Shown: positions 19,201 through 28,014 of the stretch, piece by piece
How positions within the stretch are numbered: position 1 is the stretch's first letter
Layout of the letters: every line of letters begins with the position of its first letter
Virus record (IMG/VR): IMGVR_UViG_3300028591_000101
Coordinates: 64,001 to 128,000 of that record
DNA: 64,000 nt
Source: a virus
Lineage: Duplodnaviria > Caudoviricetes
Strand: one strand, 5' to 3'
The notes under the pieces: model-generated
The model's input: the letters and a program-made list of their open reading frames with translations, nothing else
Databases searched by the model: none
Told to the model about the DNA's origin: nothing
Translations under genes and position numbers: made by a program

Positions 19201-19866
19201 ATGTACACCACAATCAAAAGGGAAGACGCGGTCAAGTACGACAAGTTGAAACTATGCTACATTGACGAGATTAACCAGACCTATTGGGACTACACTCCAG
19301 AGGCAAAGGCTTATAGGGAGACTGACGAGTGGAAGGAACAGGACCGTCTCAGGGAAGAAAAGCTTCATAGGGAGGGCTGCATGTCGTCAGATGACCCAGA
19401 ATTCGGTTATTGGGCGAATCCAGTACTGAGAAGGGGTTCAGAATCGCAAGATTACCCGAATCCTGAATACATTGATGGGAAGCAGGAATACTATGCGTAT
19501 TTTACCCCGATTCCTTTGGAAGAACAGTGGGGCGATGATTGGGACGATGCACCTTATGAGTACAATGCCGGAGACCCATATGACGATTACTACAATGAGA
19601 ACGATGAACGGACTGAGACTGAAATTGTAAGGATTCCGTTTTACATTCCTTACGATGGTGGGTGGGGTATCCGTTTTCCTAGGGATTGGGGTGGAGACAA
19701 TAGCGCCTTCTGCGTGCGGGATATCAATGCTGGAGCTGTTGCCTGGATTTTCTGTTCGGGCGATGAACGCAAATCTAACAAGGGAAGTGTTGCCATTCAT
19801 GCCGGTTGTTCTCCGGAAGAGTTTGTTGAAAAAATAAACAAGATAAATCAATTGAAGCATGACTAA
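19201..19866 (+). CDS. Hypothetical acidic/aromatic phage protein
   Basis: Contains QWGDDWDDAPYEYNAG. Confidence 0.8.
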   Translation: MYTTIKREDAVKYDKLKLCYIDEINQTYWDYTPEAKAYRETDEWKEQDRLREEKLHREGCMSSDDPEFGYWANPVLRRGSESQDYPNPEYIDGKQEYYAYFTPIPLEEQWGDDWDDAPYEYNAGDPYDDYYNENDERTETEIVRIPFYIPYDGGWGIRFPRDWGGDNSAFCVRDINAGAVAWIFCSGDERKSNKGSVAIHAGCSPEEFVEKINKINQLKHD

Positions 19867-20026
19867 GTCTGAAAAAGAAGAGATGGATGCAGCAATTGAA
19901 TACTGCAAGGAGAATATGAAGCTTGATGTTATACACAACCAGATAGCGAATGCGTTTCTGGCCGGTGTTATGTGGCAGAAATGTCGCCCGAAGGTTAAAC
20001 CAGATAAAGAATATTACGGAGGATAG
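19859..20026 (+). CDS. Small hypothetical protein (55 aa, not in the ORF track)
   Basis: MTKSEKEEMDAAIEYC...AFLAGVMWQKCRPKVKPDKEYYGG*; overlaps the upstream stop and fills the gap exactly. Confidence 0.7.
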   Translation: MTKSEKEEMDAAIEYCKENMKLDVIHNQIANAFLAGVMWQKCRPKVKPDKEYYGG

Positions 20027-20029
20027 AAT

Positions 20030-20386
20030 ATGATGACAAGAGAGAAATTCAAGGAGATGATTTATAACATTGAGGAGTACAACGATTTCACTGATGAACT
20101 GTACAAGCTCAAGATAGACGTCTACAATTGCAAATACACGGAGTATGCCGGTATCTTCTTTGATGAGTTGATGAAGTCTGAATTTGGAGAAGAAGGGCTT
20201 GACCTTGTTTCCTGGTGGCTATACGATGACGTTGACCACAAGATTTACGAAAGCACTAACGATACGAAGGAGTGGTATTACCCAGGAGAAGAAATTCATG
20301 GAAAGGTAATCGCCGACCTAAATAACATTGACGACCTTTACGATTACCTGACGAAAGGTGGAAGAGATGAAGTGAATGAAGAATAG
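20030..20386 (+). CDS. Hypothetical protein
   Basis: 118 aa; FGEEGLDLVSWWLYD...IDDLYDYL. Confidence 0.8.
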   Translation: MMTREKFKEMIYNIEEYNDFTDELYKLKIDVYNCKYTEYAGIFFDELMKSEFGEEGLDLVSWWLYDDVDHKIYESTNDTKEWYYPGEEIHGKVIADLNNIDDLYDYLTKGGRDEVNEE

Positions 20387-20390
20387 GACG

Positions 20391-20417
20391 ATGCCCCGCA
20401 CTTTGTGTGGGGCATTT
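20391..20417 (+). terminator. Hairpin terminator
   Basis: ATGCCCCGCAC-TTT-GTGTGGGGCAT. Confidence 0.65.
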
Positions 20418-20444
20418 GACTTTTATATGTGTCTGAATTATATT
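20416..20444 (+). promoter_or_regulatory. Class I promoter TTG-N20-TATATT driving the glycosyltransferase operon
   Basis: TTGACT...TATATT. Confidence 0.65.
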
Positions 20445-20461
20445 ATAAGAAAAGATTAGAA

Positions 20462-21175
20462 GTGATAGAATGGGAAGAATATAAGGAGGAATGCTGTATA
20501 GTGGTTCCGGTTTATAAGAAAAATCCGGTTTTCTTTGAGCAAGCTTCTCTCATGCAATGTGTAAGAACATTTGGGGAAAAACGTGATATATTTCTTGTTG
20601 CTCCGTTTGGCTTGGACCTTTCCGGTTATACAAGCCTTTGTCCGAATTATAAGTTTAGAGTGAAAAGACTGGCTAAGGAATTTTTCAATAGCATAAACTC
20701 ATATAACCACTTATGCAAGAGGTGGGAATTTTACAATTCTTTTACTGAATATCAGTATATGATGATTTACCAGCTTGATTGCTGGGCTTTCGGAGACAAC
20801 ATAGACTACTTTATCAGTCTTGGGTATGATTACATAGGTGCTCCGTGGATTTCAATTGACACGGAGAAAAACACAGCAACAGCGGTTAAATGCGGTAATG
20901 GTGGTTTTTCATTGAGAAGGGTTGACAAATTTATTGAAATATGCAAGGCACATGAGGCAGAAGCTGATAATGAAGCCATTCCGGAAGACGTGTTTTTCTC
21001 AAACAACTGCGAAAAGGAAATGAAGATTAGCCCGGTTGAGGTTGGTAGAGAGTTTTCGTTTGAGGTTGGTCCAAGTATGTTTTTCAAGTTAAATAATAAT
21101 AAATTACCTATGGGATGCCATAAACCATACTTGTTTGAGTTTAAGACATTCTGGAAAGATTATATAAAGTTTTGA
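20462..21175 (+). CDS. DUF5672-family putative glycosyltransferase (GT-A-like)
   Basis: IVVPVYK, YQLD, YDYIGAPW, GNGGFSLR, EDVFF, FSFE, PMGCH. Start probably GTG 20462. Confidence 0.8.
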   Translation: MIEWEEYKEECCIVVPVYKKNPVFFEQASLMQCVRTFGEKRDIFLVAPFGLDLSGYTSLCPNYKFRVKRLAKEFFNSINSYNHLCKRWEFYNSFTEYQYMMIYQLDCWAFGDNIDYFISLGYDYIGAPWISIDTEKNTATAVKCGNGGFSLRRVDKFIEICKAHEAEADNEAIPEDVFFSNNCEKEMKISPVEVGREFSFEVGPSMFFKLNNNKLPMGCHKPYLFEFKTFWKDYIKF

Positions 21176-21177
21176 TT

Positions 21178-22317
21178 ATGAAGATTTTATACGATTACCA
21201 GGCTTTTGATATACAGAAAAGCGGTGGTGTCAGTAATGTATTTTCCATGCTTGTTGAGGAGGTTAAGAAAAGGGAGCAGGTTAGCGTTGGAATAGCCTCA
21301 ACCACCAACCTTTATATGTTGGCCCAAGGCTATCCGACAGAAGAACAGACGTTCAAAAGGTTGGTAAATGCCGGAAAATTAGACCCGGCTGCAGTTGACG
21401 GAGGAATTGACTGGAAAAAAGTAAACAGGATTTATTCCAAGAACGCAATCAAGCGTGGGGATTATGATATTTTCCACCCAACCCACTATGACCCGTATTT
21501 TCTTGAATATGGAGTAAATAAACCATATGTAGTAACGGTGCATGACCTTGCGTTTGAAAGACTCAGAGACTACATACAGTTTAATGAAAGTATGTGTTTA
21601 GCTGATTTTGACAAGAGGCGTGACATTATGGCTGCGGCAAGCAAAGTAGTGGCAATCAGCGAGGCAACAAAGAAAGACATTATTGATATCTACAAGGTTC
21701 CAGAGAACAAAATAGAGATTGTATATAATGCTTACAGGGAACTGCCCGAAAATTACGAATACAATAACCCATTTAATTTCCCGTACATTCTTTATGTTGG
21801 AACAAGGCAAGGTCCACTCAATTACAAGTGTTTCATTCCATTTTTCAACCAGATAGTTCCGTTCATGAAGGAACATAAAGAGTTCAAGTTGATTTGCACA
21901 GGACAGAAATTCACCAAGTTTGAGCTGGACATGTTTCGCCAGTATGGGTTAGAGGATAGGGTTGAAAATCACTATCTCAATGAACATGGCTTGAATAACC
22001 TTTACCATCATGCATTTTGTTTCGTGTTCCCGAGTGAGTTTGAGGGTTTTGGACTCCCGATTCTGGAAGCATACAAGAATGATTGTCCGGCGCTCCTGAA
22101 TAATATTCCGGTTTTTCACGAGGTTGCTGGGGATTGTGGGCAGTATTTTGATATTACGGACGGAAAATCGCTTAATGAGAGTCTTGAAAAACTGTTTGCA
22201 ATGAAAGAAGATGACCGTAGCTCATTGATTTTGAAACAGAGGGAGAGATTGCCACTGTTTACGGCGGAGAAGATGGGCGAAGGATATATAAATGTATATA
22301 AAAGCGTATTGAAATAA
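21178..22317 (+). CDS. GT4-family glycosyltransferase
   Basis: MKILYD..Q..GGVS, FHPTHY, VTVHDL, AISEATKKD, FVFPSEFEGFGLPILEA. Confidence 0.92.
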   Translation: MKILYDYQAFDIQKSGGVSNVFSMLVEEVKKREQVSVGIASTTNLYMLAQGYPTEEQTFKRLVNAGKLDPAAVDGGIDWKKVNRIYSKNAIKRGDYDIFHPTHYDPYFLEYGVNKPYVVTVHDLAFERLRDYIQFNESMCLADFDKRRDIMAAASKVVAISEATKKDIIDIYKVPENKIEIVYNAYRELPENYEYNNPFNFPYILYVGTRQGPLNYKCFIPFFNQIVPFMKEHKEFKLICTGQKFTKFELDMFRQYGLEDRVENHYLNEHGLNNLYHHAFCFVFPSEFEGFGLPILEAYKNDCPALLNNIPVFHEVAGDCGQYFDITDGKSLNESLEKLFAMKEDDRSSLILKQRERLPLFTAEKMGEGYINVYKSVLK

Positions 22318-23195
22318 TGAAAACCATAAAGACATTACTTTGTTGCATTGGGCGAAAAGAAAACCAGTATATTCGCGAGTATGTTGAATATTATAAGAAT
22401 ATCGGTTTTACTAATATATGCCTTTATGATAACAATTTTGATGGTGAAGAAGATTTCCGTGACGTAATTGGGGACTACATTGATGATGGTTATGTAATTC
22501 TAAAAGATTATCGTAATAGAGAAATATGCCAAGTTCAGTCTTATGAAGAGTGTTATCGTGAGTATAAAGACTGTTATGATTGGATTGCTTTTTTTGATTG
22601 TGACGAGTTTCTTACCTTTTCGTCTGATGATATAACAGATATAAGTACGGCTTTGTTAAATCATAAATTTGATGACTATGACATGATTCATGTAAATTGG
22701 ATGCTCTATGAAGACAATGGCTTAGTTAGAAATGATAAAAGACCCGTTCTTGAGAGATTTACAAAACAGATGATGCCATACACGAAGTGTCTAAGGGGAA
22801 GTCCTATTCCGGAAAATCAATTCATAAAATCTATTGTTAGGGGTGGCTTATTTGATATAAAGTTCAAATCAGTTCTCACACCGGTTAATGTTGGCAGTTG
22901 CTGTAATGGGAATGGGGAAAATGTTATACCGGACCAGAGAACGATAGATATGAACTATGATTATATGTATATCAGACATTTTTCAGAAAAAACCGTTGAA
23001 GAATTTATAAATAAGCTTGAAAGGGGTTTCCCTGACCAGCCTCATAAAGCCCCACTTTACAAAACTCAGCTTATTAGTAGGTTTTTTCAAGTCAATAGTC
23101 CAACAGTAGAGAAACTAGAGTATATAAAAGAAAGACTAGGACTTGACCTTTTTAGGAATTTCCATCAAATTATAAGAGAAAAAAACAAAGAATAG
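22317..23195 (+). CDS. GT-A glycosyltransferase (GT92/GT2-like)
   Basis: ENQYIREYVEYY, LYDN, WIAFFDCDEF (DxD), KSIVR, IRHF. Confidence 0.85.
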   Translation: MKTIKTLLCCIGRKENQYIREYVEYYKNIGFTNICLYDNNFDGEEDFRDVIGDYIDDGYVILKDYRNREICQVQSYEECYREYKDCYDWIAFFDCDEFLTFSSDDITDISTALLNHKFDDYDMIHVNWMLYEDNGLVRNDKRPVLERFTKQMMPYTKCLRGSPIPENQFIKSIVRGGLFDIKFKSVLTPVNVGSCCNGNGENVIPDQRTIDMNYDYMYIRHFSEKTVEEFINKLERGFPDQPHKAPLYKTQLISRFFQVNSPTVEKLEYIKERLGLDLFRNFHQIIREKNKE

Positions 23196-23197
23196 AT

Positions 23198-24949
23198 ATG
23201 GAAAAAGAAGACGTAAACATTACCGGTGGAGAAAATCAGATAAACGAATTAAAAACTTTGGCGTGCTGTATTGGGCGCAAGGAGAATCAATATATTCGTG
23301 AGTTTGTTGAATATAACAAGATGCTTGGATTCACGAACATCTGCCTGTTTGACAATAACTATGACGGAGAGGATGATTTCCGCGACGTAATCGGCGACTA
23401 TATTGACAGCGGATATGTGATTTTGAAGGATTACCGCAATAAGAAGGTATGCCAGGTTGATGCTTATAATGAGTGTTATGAAACATATAAGAACGACTAC
23501 GACTGGATTGCTTTCATTGACTGCGACGAGTTTATAACGTTCGGTTCAAGTGCTCTCACAAGCCTTAGTCAAGCTCTAAGTGACGAGAGATACAAGGACT
23601 TTGACATGATTCACATCAACTGGCTCATGTTTAATGATGCAGACCTTGTACATAATGATGGAAGGCCTGTTATGATGAGATTCCAGAAGATTGTTGAACC
23701 AATTGATTTTAAGAGAGCGTACGATAACGTGCCAGAAAATTTCCATGTCAAATCAATTGTTAGGGGTGGTTTGGATGGTGTCGTTTTTGAAAATCCACAT
23801 TCTCCGAAAGGTGTGGCGAAGTGTTGTGATTCAGTTGGTAACGAGGTACCATCCGACAAATTCCTTATGCCATATAACTATACACAGCTCTTTATCCGCC
23901 ATTATAGTGATAAGACCATTGAGGAATATGTTGATAAGATTGTAAGAGGTTTCCCCGACCAGGTTTTGACAAGTGATAAATTTGAGTATTTGTTAAAGAC
24001 AAGATTCTTCAAGTCAAACAAACCGACCCGCGAAAAGTTAGCACTAGTAAAGGAACGTCTCGGGATTGACCTATTTGATTATTATCACATTGTTGAAGAC
24101 CCGAACAAATATGACAAGGGTGATGACGTTGAGAAGAGAAAGGATGTACAGTTGTTTATGCTGTGCTTCAACCCGGTAGACTACGGGTTTGTCAACAACG
24201 AGATTATGACGCCTCTCCAGTGCGGTGCTGCAGTTAATAATAAAGACGTTTGCAAACTCAAGGACAATACCGGTGAGAACATTTCTTATCTTAATCAATA
24301 TTATGTTGAAAACACTGGTATCTATTGGATTTGGAAAAACGTAAAGGACGCGAAGTATAAGGGACAGACGCAGTATCGCCGTCGCTTTACGGAAATTGAC
24401 GAGAATACGGACTTTGACAAGATTTTCGGTGAATACGATATCATCTGCTGCAAGCCGTATAACTTCCCGGAAAACGCGAAGAAATTCATCCCGGCGAACA
24501 CCATTGAGGCTGGTTATGGCTATTCGCACTGTATTGATGACCTGAAGACAATGGAAAGAATCGTCAAGGAGGTTCATCCGGACTATGCAGCCGATTGGGA
24601 CAAGTACATTAAGAAGGGAGAGAACCTTTATTACAGTAATGGATTCATCCTTCCAGCAGAGGAATACGACAAGTACTGCGAATTCCTGTTTGACCTTCTG
24701 GAACGTTTCATGAAGAGAATTGGCGTCAGGGAATACGAAGACCTTATCCTACACATCGGAAGAAACCTCGGAGCTGGCAGGTACATCAGATACGATGACC
24801 CGTTCAAGCTTTCGTGGAGAGAGGTTAAGTGGCAGGCTGAGATTTGCGGATTCATGTCAGAACGAATCCTTACGCTTTACATCCAGCACAATTTCCCGAA
24901 GCGTTACGAAATACCCTATACTACAATGGAAGAAGGTATGTATATTTAG
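23198..24949 (+). CDS. Bifunctional GT92/GT2-like plus DUF4422-like glycosyltransferase
   Basis: N-half is a paralog of the preceding gene (WIAFIDCDEF). C-half has DNTGENISYLNQYYVENTGIYWIWKN, QYRR, GFMSER. Confidence 0.85.
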   Translation: MEKEDVNITGGENQINELKTLACCIGRKENQYIREFVEYNKMLGFTNICLFDNNYDGEDDFRDVIGDYIDSGYVILKDYRNKKVCQVDAYNECYETYKNDYDWIAFIDCDEFITFGSSALTSLSQALSDERYKDFDMIHINWLMFNDADLVHNDGRPVMMRFQKIVEPIDFKRAYDNVPENFHVKSIVRGGLDGVVFENPHSPKGVAKCCDSVGNEVPSDKFLMPYNYTQLFIRHYSDKTIEEYVDKIVRGFPDQVLTSDKFEYLLKTRFFKSNKPTREKLALVKERLGIDLFDYYHIVEDPNKYDKGDDVEKRKDVQLFMLCFNPVDYGFVNNEIMTPLQCGAAVNNKDVCKLKDNTGENISYLNQYYVENTGIYWIWKNVKDAKYKGQTQYRRRFTEIDENTDFDKIFGEYDIICCKPYNFPENAKKFIPANTIEAGYGYSHCIDDLKTMERIVKEVHPDYAADWDKYIKKGENLYYSNGFILPAEEYDKYCEFLFDLLERFMKRIGVREYEDLILHIGRNLGAGRYIRYDDPFKLSWREVKWQAEICGFMSERILTLYIQHNFPKRYEIPYTTMEEGMYI

Positions 24950-24959
24950 TAATAATTTT

Positions 24960-25188
24960 CCCATTTTTTAACACCGCAATAGAATGTCAAGGCGACCAGC
25001 ATTTTAAAATGGTTCCGTTTTTTGGAGGAGATGATGGTTATGAAAAAAGGAAGGAACACGATTCAATAAAAAGGGAATATTGCATGGCTAATAAAATCAA
25101 CTTATTATATTATGGAAAGTCTGGCGGAAATGATATTATAAAGAACAAAGAAGAAATACTGACTAAGATGGAGGATATGCCTCTGTAA
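24960..25188 (+). pseudogene. Remnant of a PD-(D/E)XK (DUF559/Vsr-like) endonuclease
   Basis: TAIECQGDQHF...EHDSIKREYC..KINLLYY matches the C-terminus of 53750-54901; no N-terminal domains or proper start. Confidence 0.75.
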
Positions 25189-25227
25189 TCTATTCATACA
25201 TACATCTAATCTATTTTTATTTTTCTT

Positions 25228-25264
25228 AAAAAAACGGGTCCTCGTGGCTCGTTTTTTCTTTTTT
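25228..25264 (+). terminator. Intrinsic terminator ending the GT operon
   Basis: AAAAAACGGGTC-CTCGT-GGCTCGTTTTTT. Confidence 0.65.
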
Positions 25265-25311
25265 ATTACTGCTTTTAATGTTATCTTATAATAAGGGAAA
25301 AATATAACAAA

Positions 25312-25321
25312 ACTATTTATA
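25312..25321 (+). promoter_or_regulatory. Class II motif ACTATTTATA heading the baseplate operon
   Basis: 17 nt before ATG 25339. Confidence 0.7.
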
Positions 25322-25338
25322 CGCAAAGACTTTTTAAG

Positions 25339-25728
25339 ATGGCACTCACACAGAAATACGGCATTCGTTACCCATTTACTTTGGAAAACGATGATGAACT
25401 ATACATGGATTTAAACACAAGTAAAGAAGAGTCGTTAAGAAGCAGGCTGTTGCATGTAATATTCACGCCAAAAGGTCAAAGACTCCGCAATCCGGACTTC
25501 GGGACTGACCTTATCAAGTACATCCACGAACCAGCCGATGAGACTACATTTGAAAGGCTTCGCAGGGATATTACAGAGCAGGTATACAAATATGTTCCGG
25601 ACGTAACGTTCAAAGACATATCAATTTATAATGATGATAATAGTGAAAACGGAAAAATTGTAATTGTACATTATACTATTACAAAGGGCATGAACGAAAT
25701 AGAACAGACCGCCGCACTCAGAGTATAA
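25339..25728 (+). CDS. Baseplate wedge protein, gp25/GPW-like
   Basis: GIRYPF...IFTPKGQRLRNPDFGTDL..YIHEP. Confidence 0.9.
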   Translation: MALTQKYGIRYPFTLENDDELYMDLNTSKEESLRSRLLHVIFTPKGQRLRNPDFGTDLIKYIHEPADETTFERLRRDITEQVYKYVPDVTFKDISIYNDDNSENGKIVIVHYTITKGMNEIEQTAALRV

Positions 25729-25753
25729 AATATAGAAACAAAAACAAGCAGAC

Positions 25754-27715
25754 ATGGAAAAAGGAATATCATATCTGAATAGAACTTTTGATGATTACAA
25801 AAACGCCCTTAAGGATTATTCCAGGAAATATTACCCGGATATGGCGACCGAATATAGCGATGCTTCAATCGGTTCATGGCTCATAGATATTAATGCTGAT
25901 GTGGCCGACAATCTGTCATACCACATTGACAGGGTGTACCAGGAAACGAACATTGACAGTGCACAGGAGCCAAATTCCGTGATGAATATTGCCAGGAACA
26001 ACGGTGTAAAGATTCCGGGGCCTAAGGGTGCTATGGCGGAAGTTCGTTTTACGTGTCAAGTCCCAGTAGCTAATGATACATATGCAAAAGAATATCTTCC
26101 GGTAATCAAGAGGGGTACGATGGTCAATTCAAGTACCCAGATATTTGAGGTCATGTATGATGTCAACTTCGCTGAACAATACGACAGTTTCATGCGTAGT
26201 GACCGAACTATTGAGCCGGTGCTTGATGCTAACGGAAACGTTACGAAATATAACATCAGCAAGCTTGCAATTGTTACTGCTGGTGAAAGCCGTGTTTTTA
26301 AGAAAGCGATAAAGACCAGCGACCTTAAGCCGTTCATGGAAATAGTAATACCGGTTGAGGGCGTCATGAATGTTGAGAGTATCATAATGAAAGATGGTGA
26401 CGCACTCACTTCATATCCAAGCTATGGCGAGTTTTATTCTTATGAAGAACAAGTTACGCACGGGGATGAAATTTGCGAAGGCATGATTAGATTTTTTGAA
26501 GTTGAAAGCCTGGCCCAGCAGTTTAGATGGGGTGAAACTTTAAATAGGCATAATTGTCCTGAAGTTCATACATATGGTTATTATAATTCAAGCGAGAATG
26601 TGACATATCCGACTTGTCAGGTTACAAGGGGCGAATGGAAGCCAGTAAAGCATAAGTTTATAACTGAATACACCGACAACGGTTATCTTAAAGTTATATT
26701 TGGACCTGGCCTCAGAAGCGTTGATTATCCGGACATAACCGATATGGACGAATTCAGTAAGTATATAATTACAAAGACCATACGTAACGATTCACTTGGT
26801 GAGATGCCTAAGGCTGGCACGACAATATTCATTCTTTATCGTTCTGGTGGTGGAAGCGCAAGCAATGTGGCACAAGGGGCTATTTCTTCAATTTCAAGGC
26901 TTATGACGGATTTTCCTCTTGGACACGACGCAAACGAAGCCACAAAATCAGCCGTAAGAAGTTCAATCACTGTCGTTAATACCACACCTTCTGTTTCAGG
27001 TAAAGATATGCCTACTGTTCAGGAGATGAAATATATGGTCAAATATAATAAAGGTGCTCAAAACAGATGCGTTGTCGTAAAAGATTACATTGATAGAGTG
27101 CTTATGATGCCTCCTAAATATGGGACTCCGTTTAGGGTTGGCTGTGCAGAGGAAAACAATAAGATTATGCTTTACCTTCTTGGAATTGACTATCGTAAGA
27201 AGCTTGACGCTGCACTTCCTTCACTATTAGCCGAAAACATTCAGAACTATTTGACGGAATATAGGATGATAAATGATTTCGTTGAGATAAAGCCCGGCCG
27301 AATCATAAACCTGTCAGTTGAGGTTGAAGTTCATGTTGATAAAAATTATAACCTTAGTGACGTTGTTTCTTTGATTATAGCCAAGACAATGGACTATTTT
27401 GACATCAATAAGCGAAATATGGGCGATGACTTATATGTGGGTGACCTTAAAAAGGAAATTTCAAAGATTGACGGCGTTGCGAACCTTATTGAACTTAGGG
27501 TATACAATGAAACCGGTTCAGGGTACAGTTCAACGCCAACAAACCAAGAGCTGTTTTACGGTAGTGACTGTAACAGGGTCCAAGAAGAAAAGGTTCCTGG
27601 ACGAGATAGGATAGACCTTGAGGCGTCAGACGGAATCATATATAGTGATGGGGACACGATGCTTGAAATCAAATATCCAGAAAAAGATATAAGGGTAATG
27701 CCTAAATACATTTAG
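25754..27715 (+). CDS. Baseplate wedge protein, T4 gp6 / baseplate J-like
   Basis: YLNRTFDDYK, DNLSYHIDR..QETNIDSAQ, YRSGGGSASNV, AQNRCVVVKDY. Confidence 0.88.
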   Translation: MEKGISYLNRTFDDYKNALKDYSRKYYPDMATEYSDASIGSWLIDINADVADNLSYHIDRVYQETNIDSAQEPNSVMNIARNNGVKIPGPKGAMAEVRFTCQVPVANDTYAKEYLPVIKRGTMVNSSTQIFEVMYDVNFAEQYDSFMRSDRTIEPVLDANGNVTKYNISKLAIVTAGESRVFKKAIKTSDLKPFMEIVIPVEGVMNVESIIMKDGDALTSYPSYGEFYSYEEQVTHGDEICEGMIRFFEVESLAQQFRWGETLNRHNCPEVHTYGYYNSSENVTYPTCQVTRGEWKPVKHKFITEYTDNGYLKVIFGPGLRSVDYPDITDMDEFSKYIITKTIRNDSLGEMPKAGTTIFILYRSGGGSASNVAQGAISSISRLMTDFPLGHDANEATKSAVRSSITVVNTTPSVSGKDMPTVQEMKYMVKYNKGAQNRCVVVKDYIDRVLMMPPKYGTPFRVGCAEENNKIMLYLLGIDYRKKLDAALPSLLAENIQNYLTEYRMINDFVEIKPGRIINLSVEVEVHVDKNYNLSDVVSLIIAKTMDYFDINKRNMGDDLYVGDLKKEISKIDGVANLIELRVYNETGSGYSSTPTNQELFYGSDCNRVQEEKVPGRDRIDLEASDGIIYSDGDTMLEIKYPEKDIRVMPKYI

Positions 27716-27732
27716 TAAAAAAGGGATTGACA

Positions 27733-28014
27733 ATGGCGTGTGCTTGTAAGATTAACCAAGACATAGAAAAAATACAAAAATATTATGCGTATAACGGAAA
27801 AGCCGGAAGCGAAACCAAACCGAAAATTACTATCAACAAGAGAGACGCGGTAATTACGATGCTGGCATATCTTGTTATACTTCCGTTTATACCAATCGTT
27901 TTTATTGGCTTAATCATCTTTTCTCTATTTTCAAAAGATAGAAAAATAAGCATGAGAAAAATTTTAGGTTTCATACACAATACAAGGAATGGCAAAACAC
28001 AACAAATCGTATAG
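27733..28014 (+). CDS. Small membrane protein
   Basis: Long hydrophobic segment AVITMLAYLVILPFIPIVFIGLIIFSLF. Confidence 0.65.
   Translation: MACACKINQDIEKIQKYYAYNGKAGSETKPKITINKRDAVITMLAYLVILPFIPIVFIGLIIFSLFSKDRKISMRKILGFIHNTRNGKTQQIV

Noticed and set aside
22317-24070. Diversity-generating retroelement template/variable repeat pair
   Set aside because: These are diverged paralogous GT domains with differences at all bases, and no reverse transcriptase is present.
20416-24949. Bacterial chromosomal capsule locus or integrated prophage boundary
   Set aside because: Flanked by phage genes and phage-type promoters, with no wzx/wzy, integrase or host housekeeping context.
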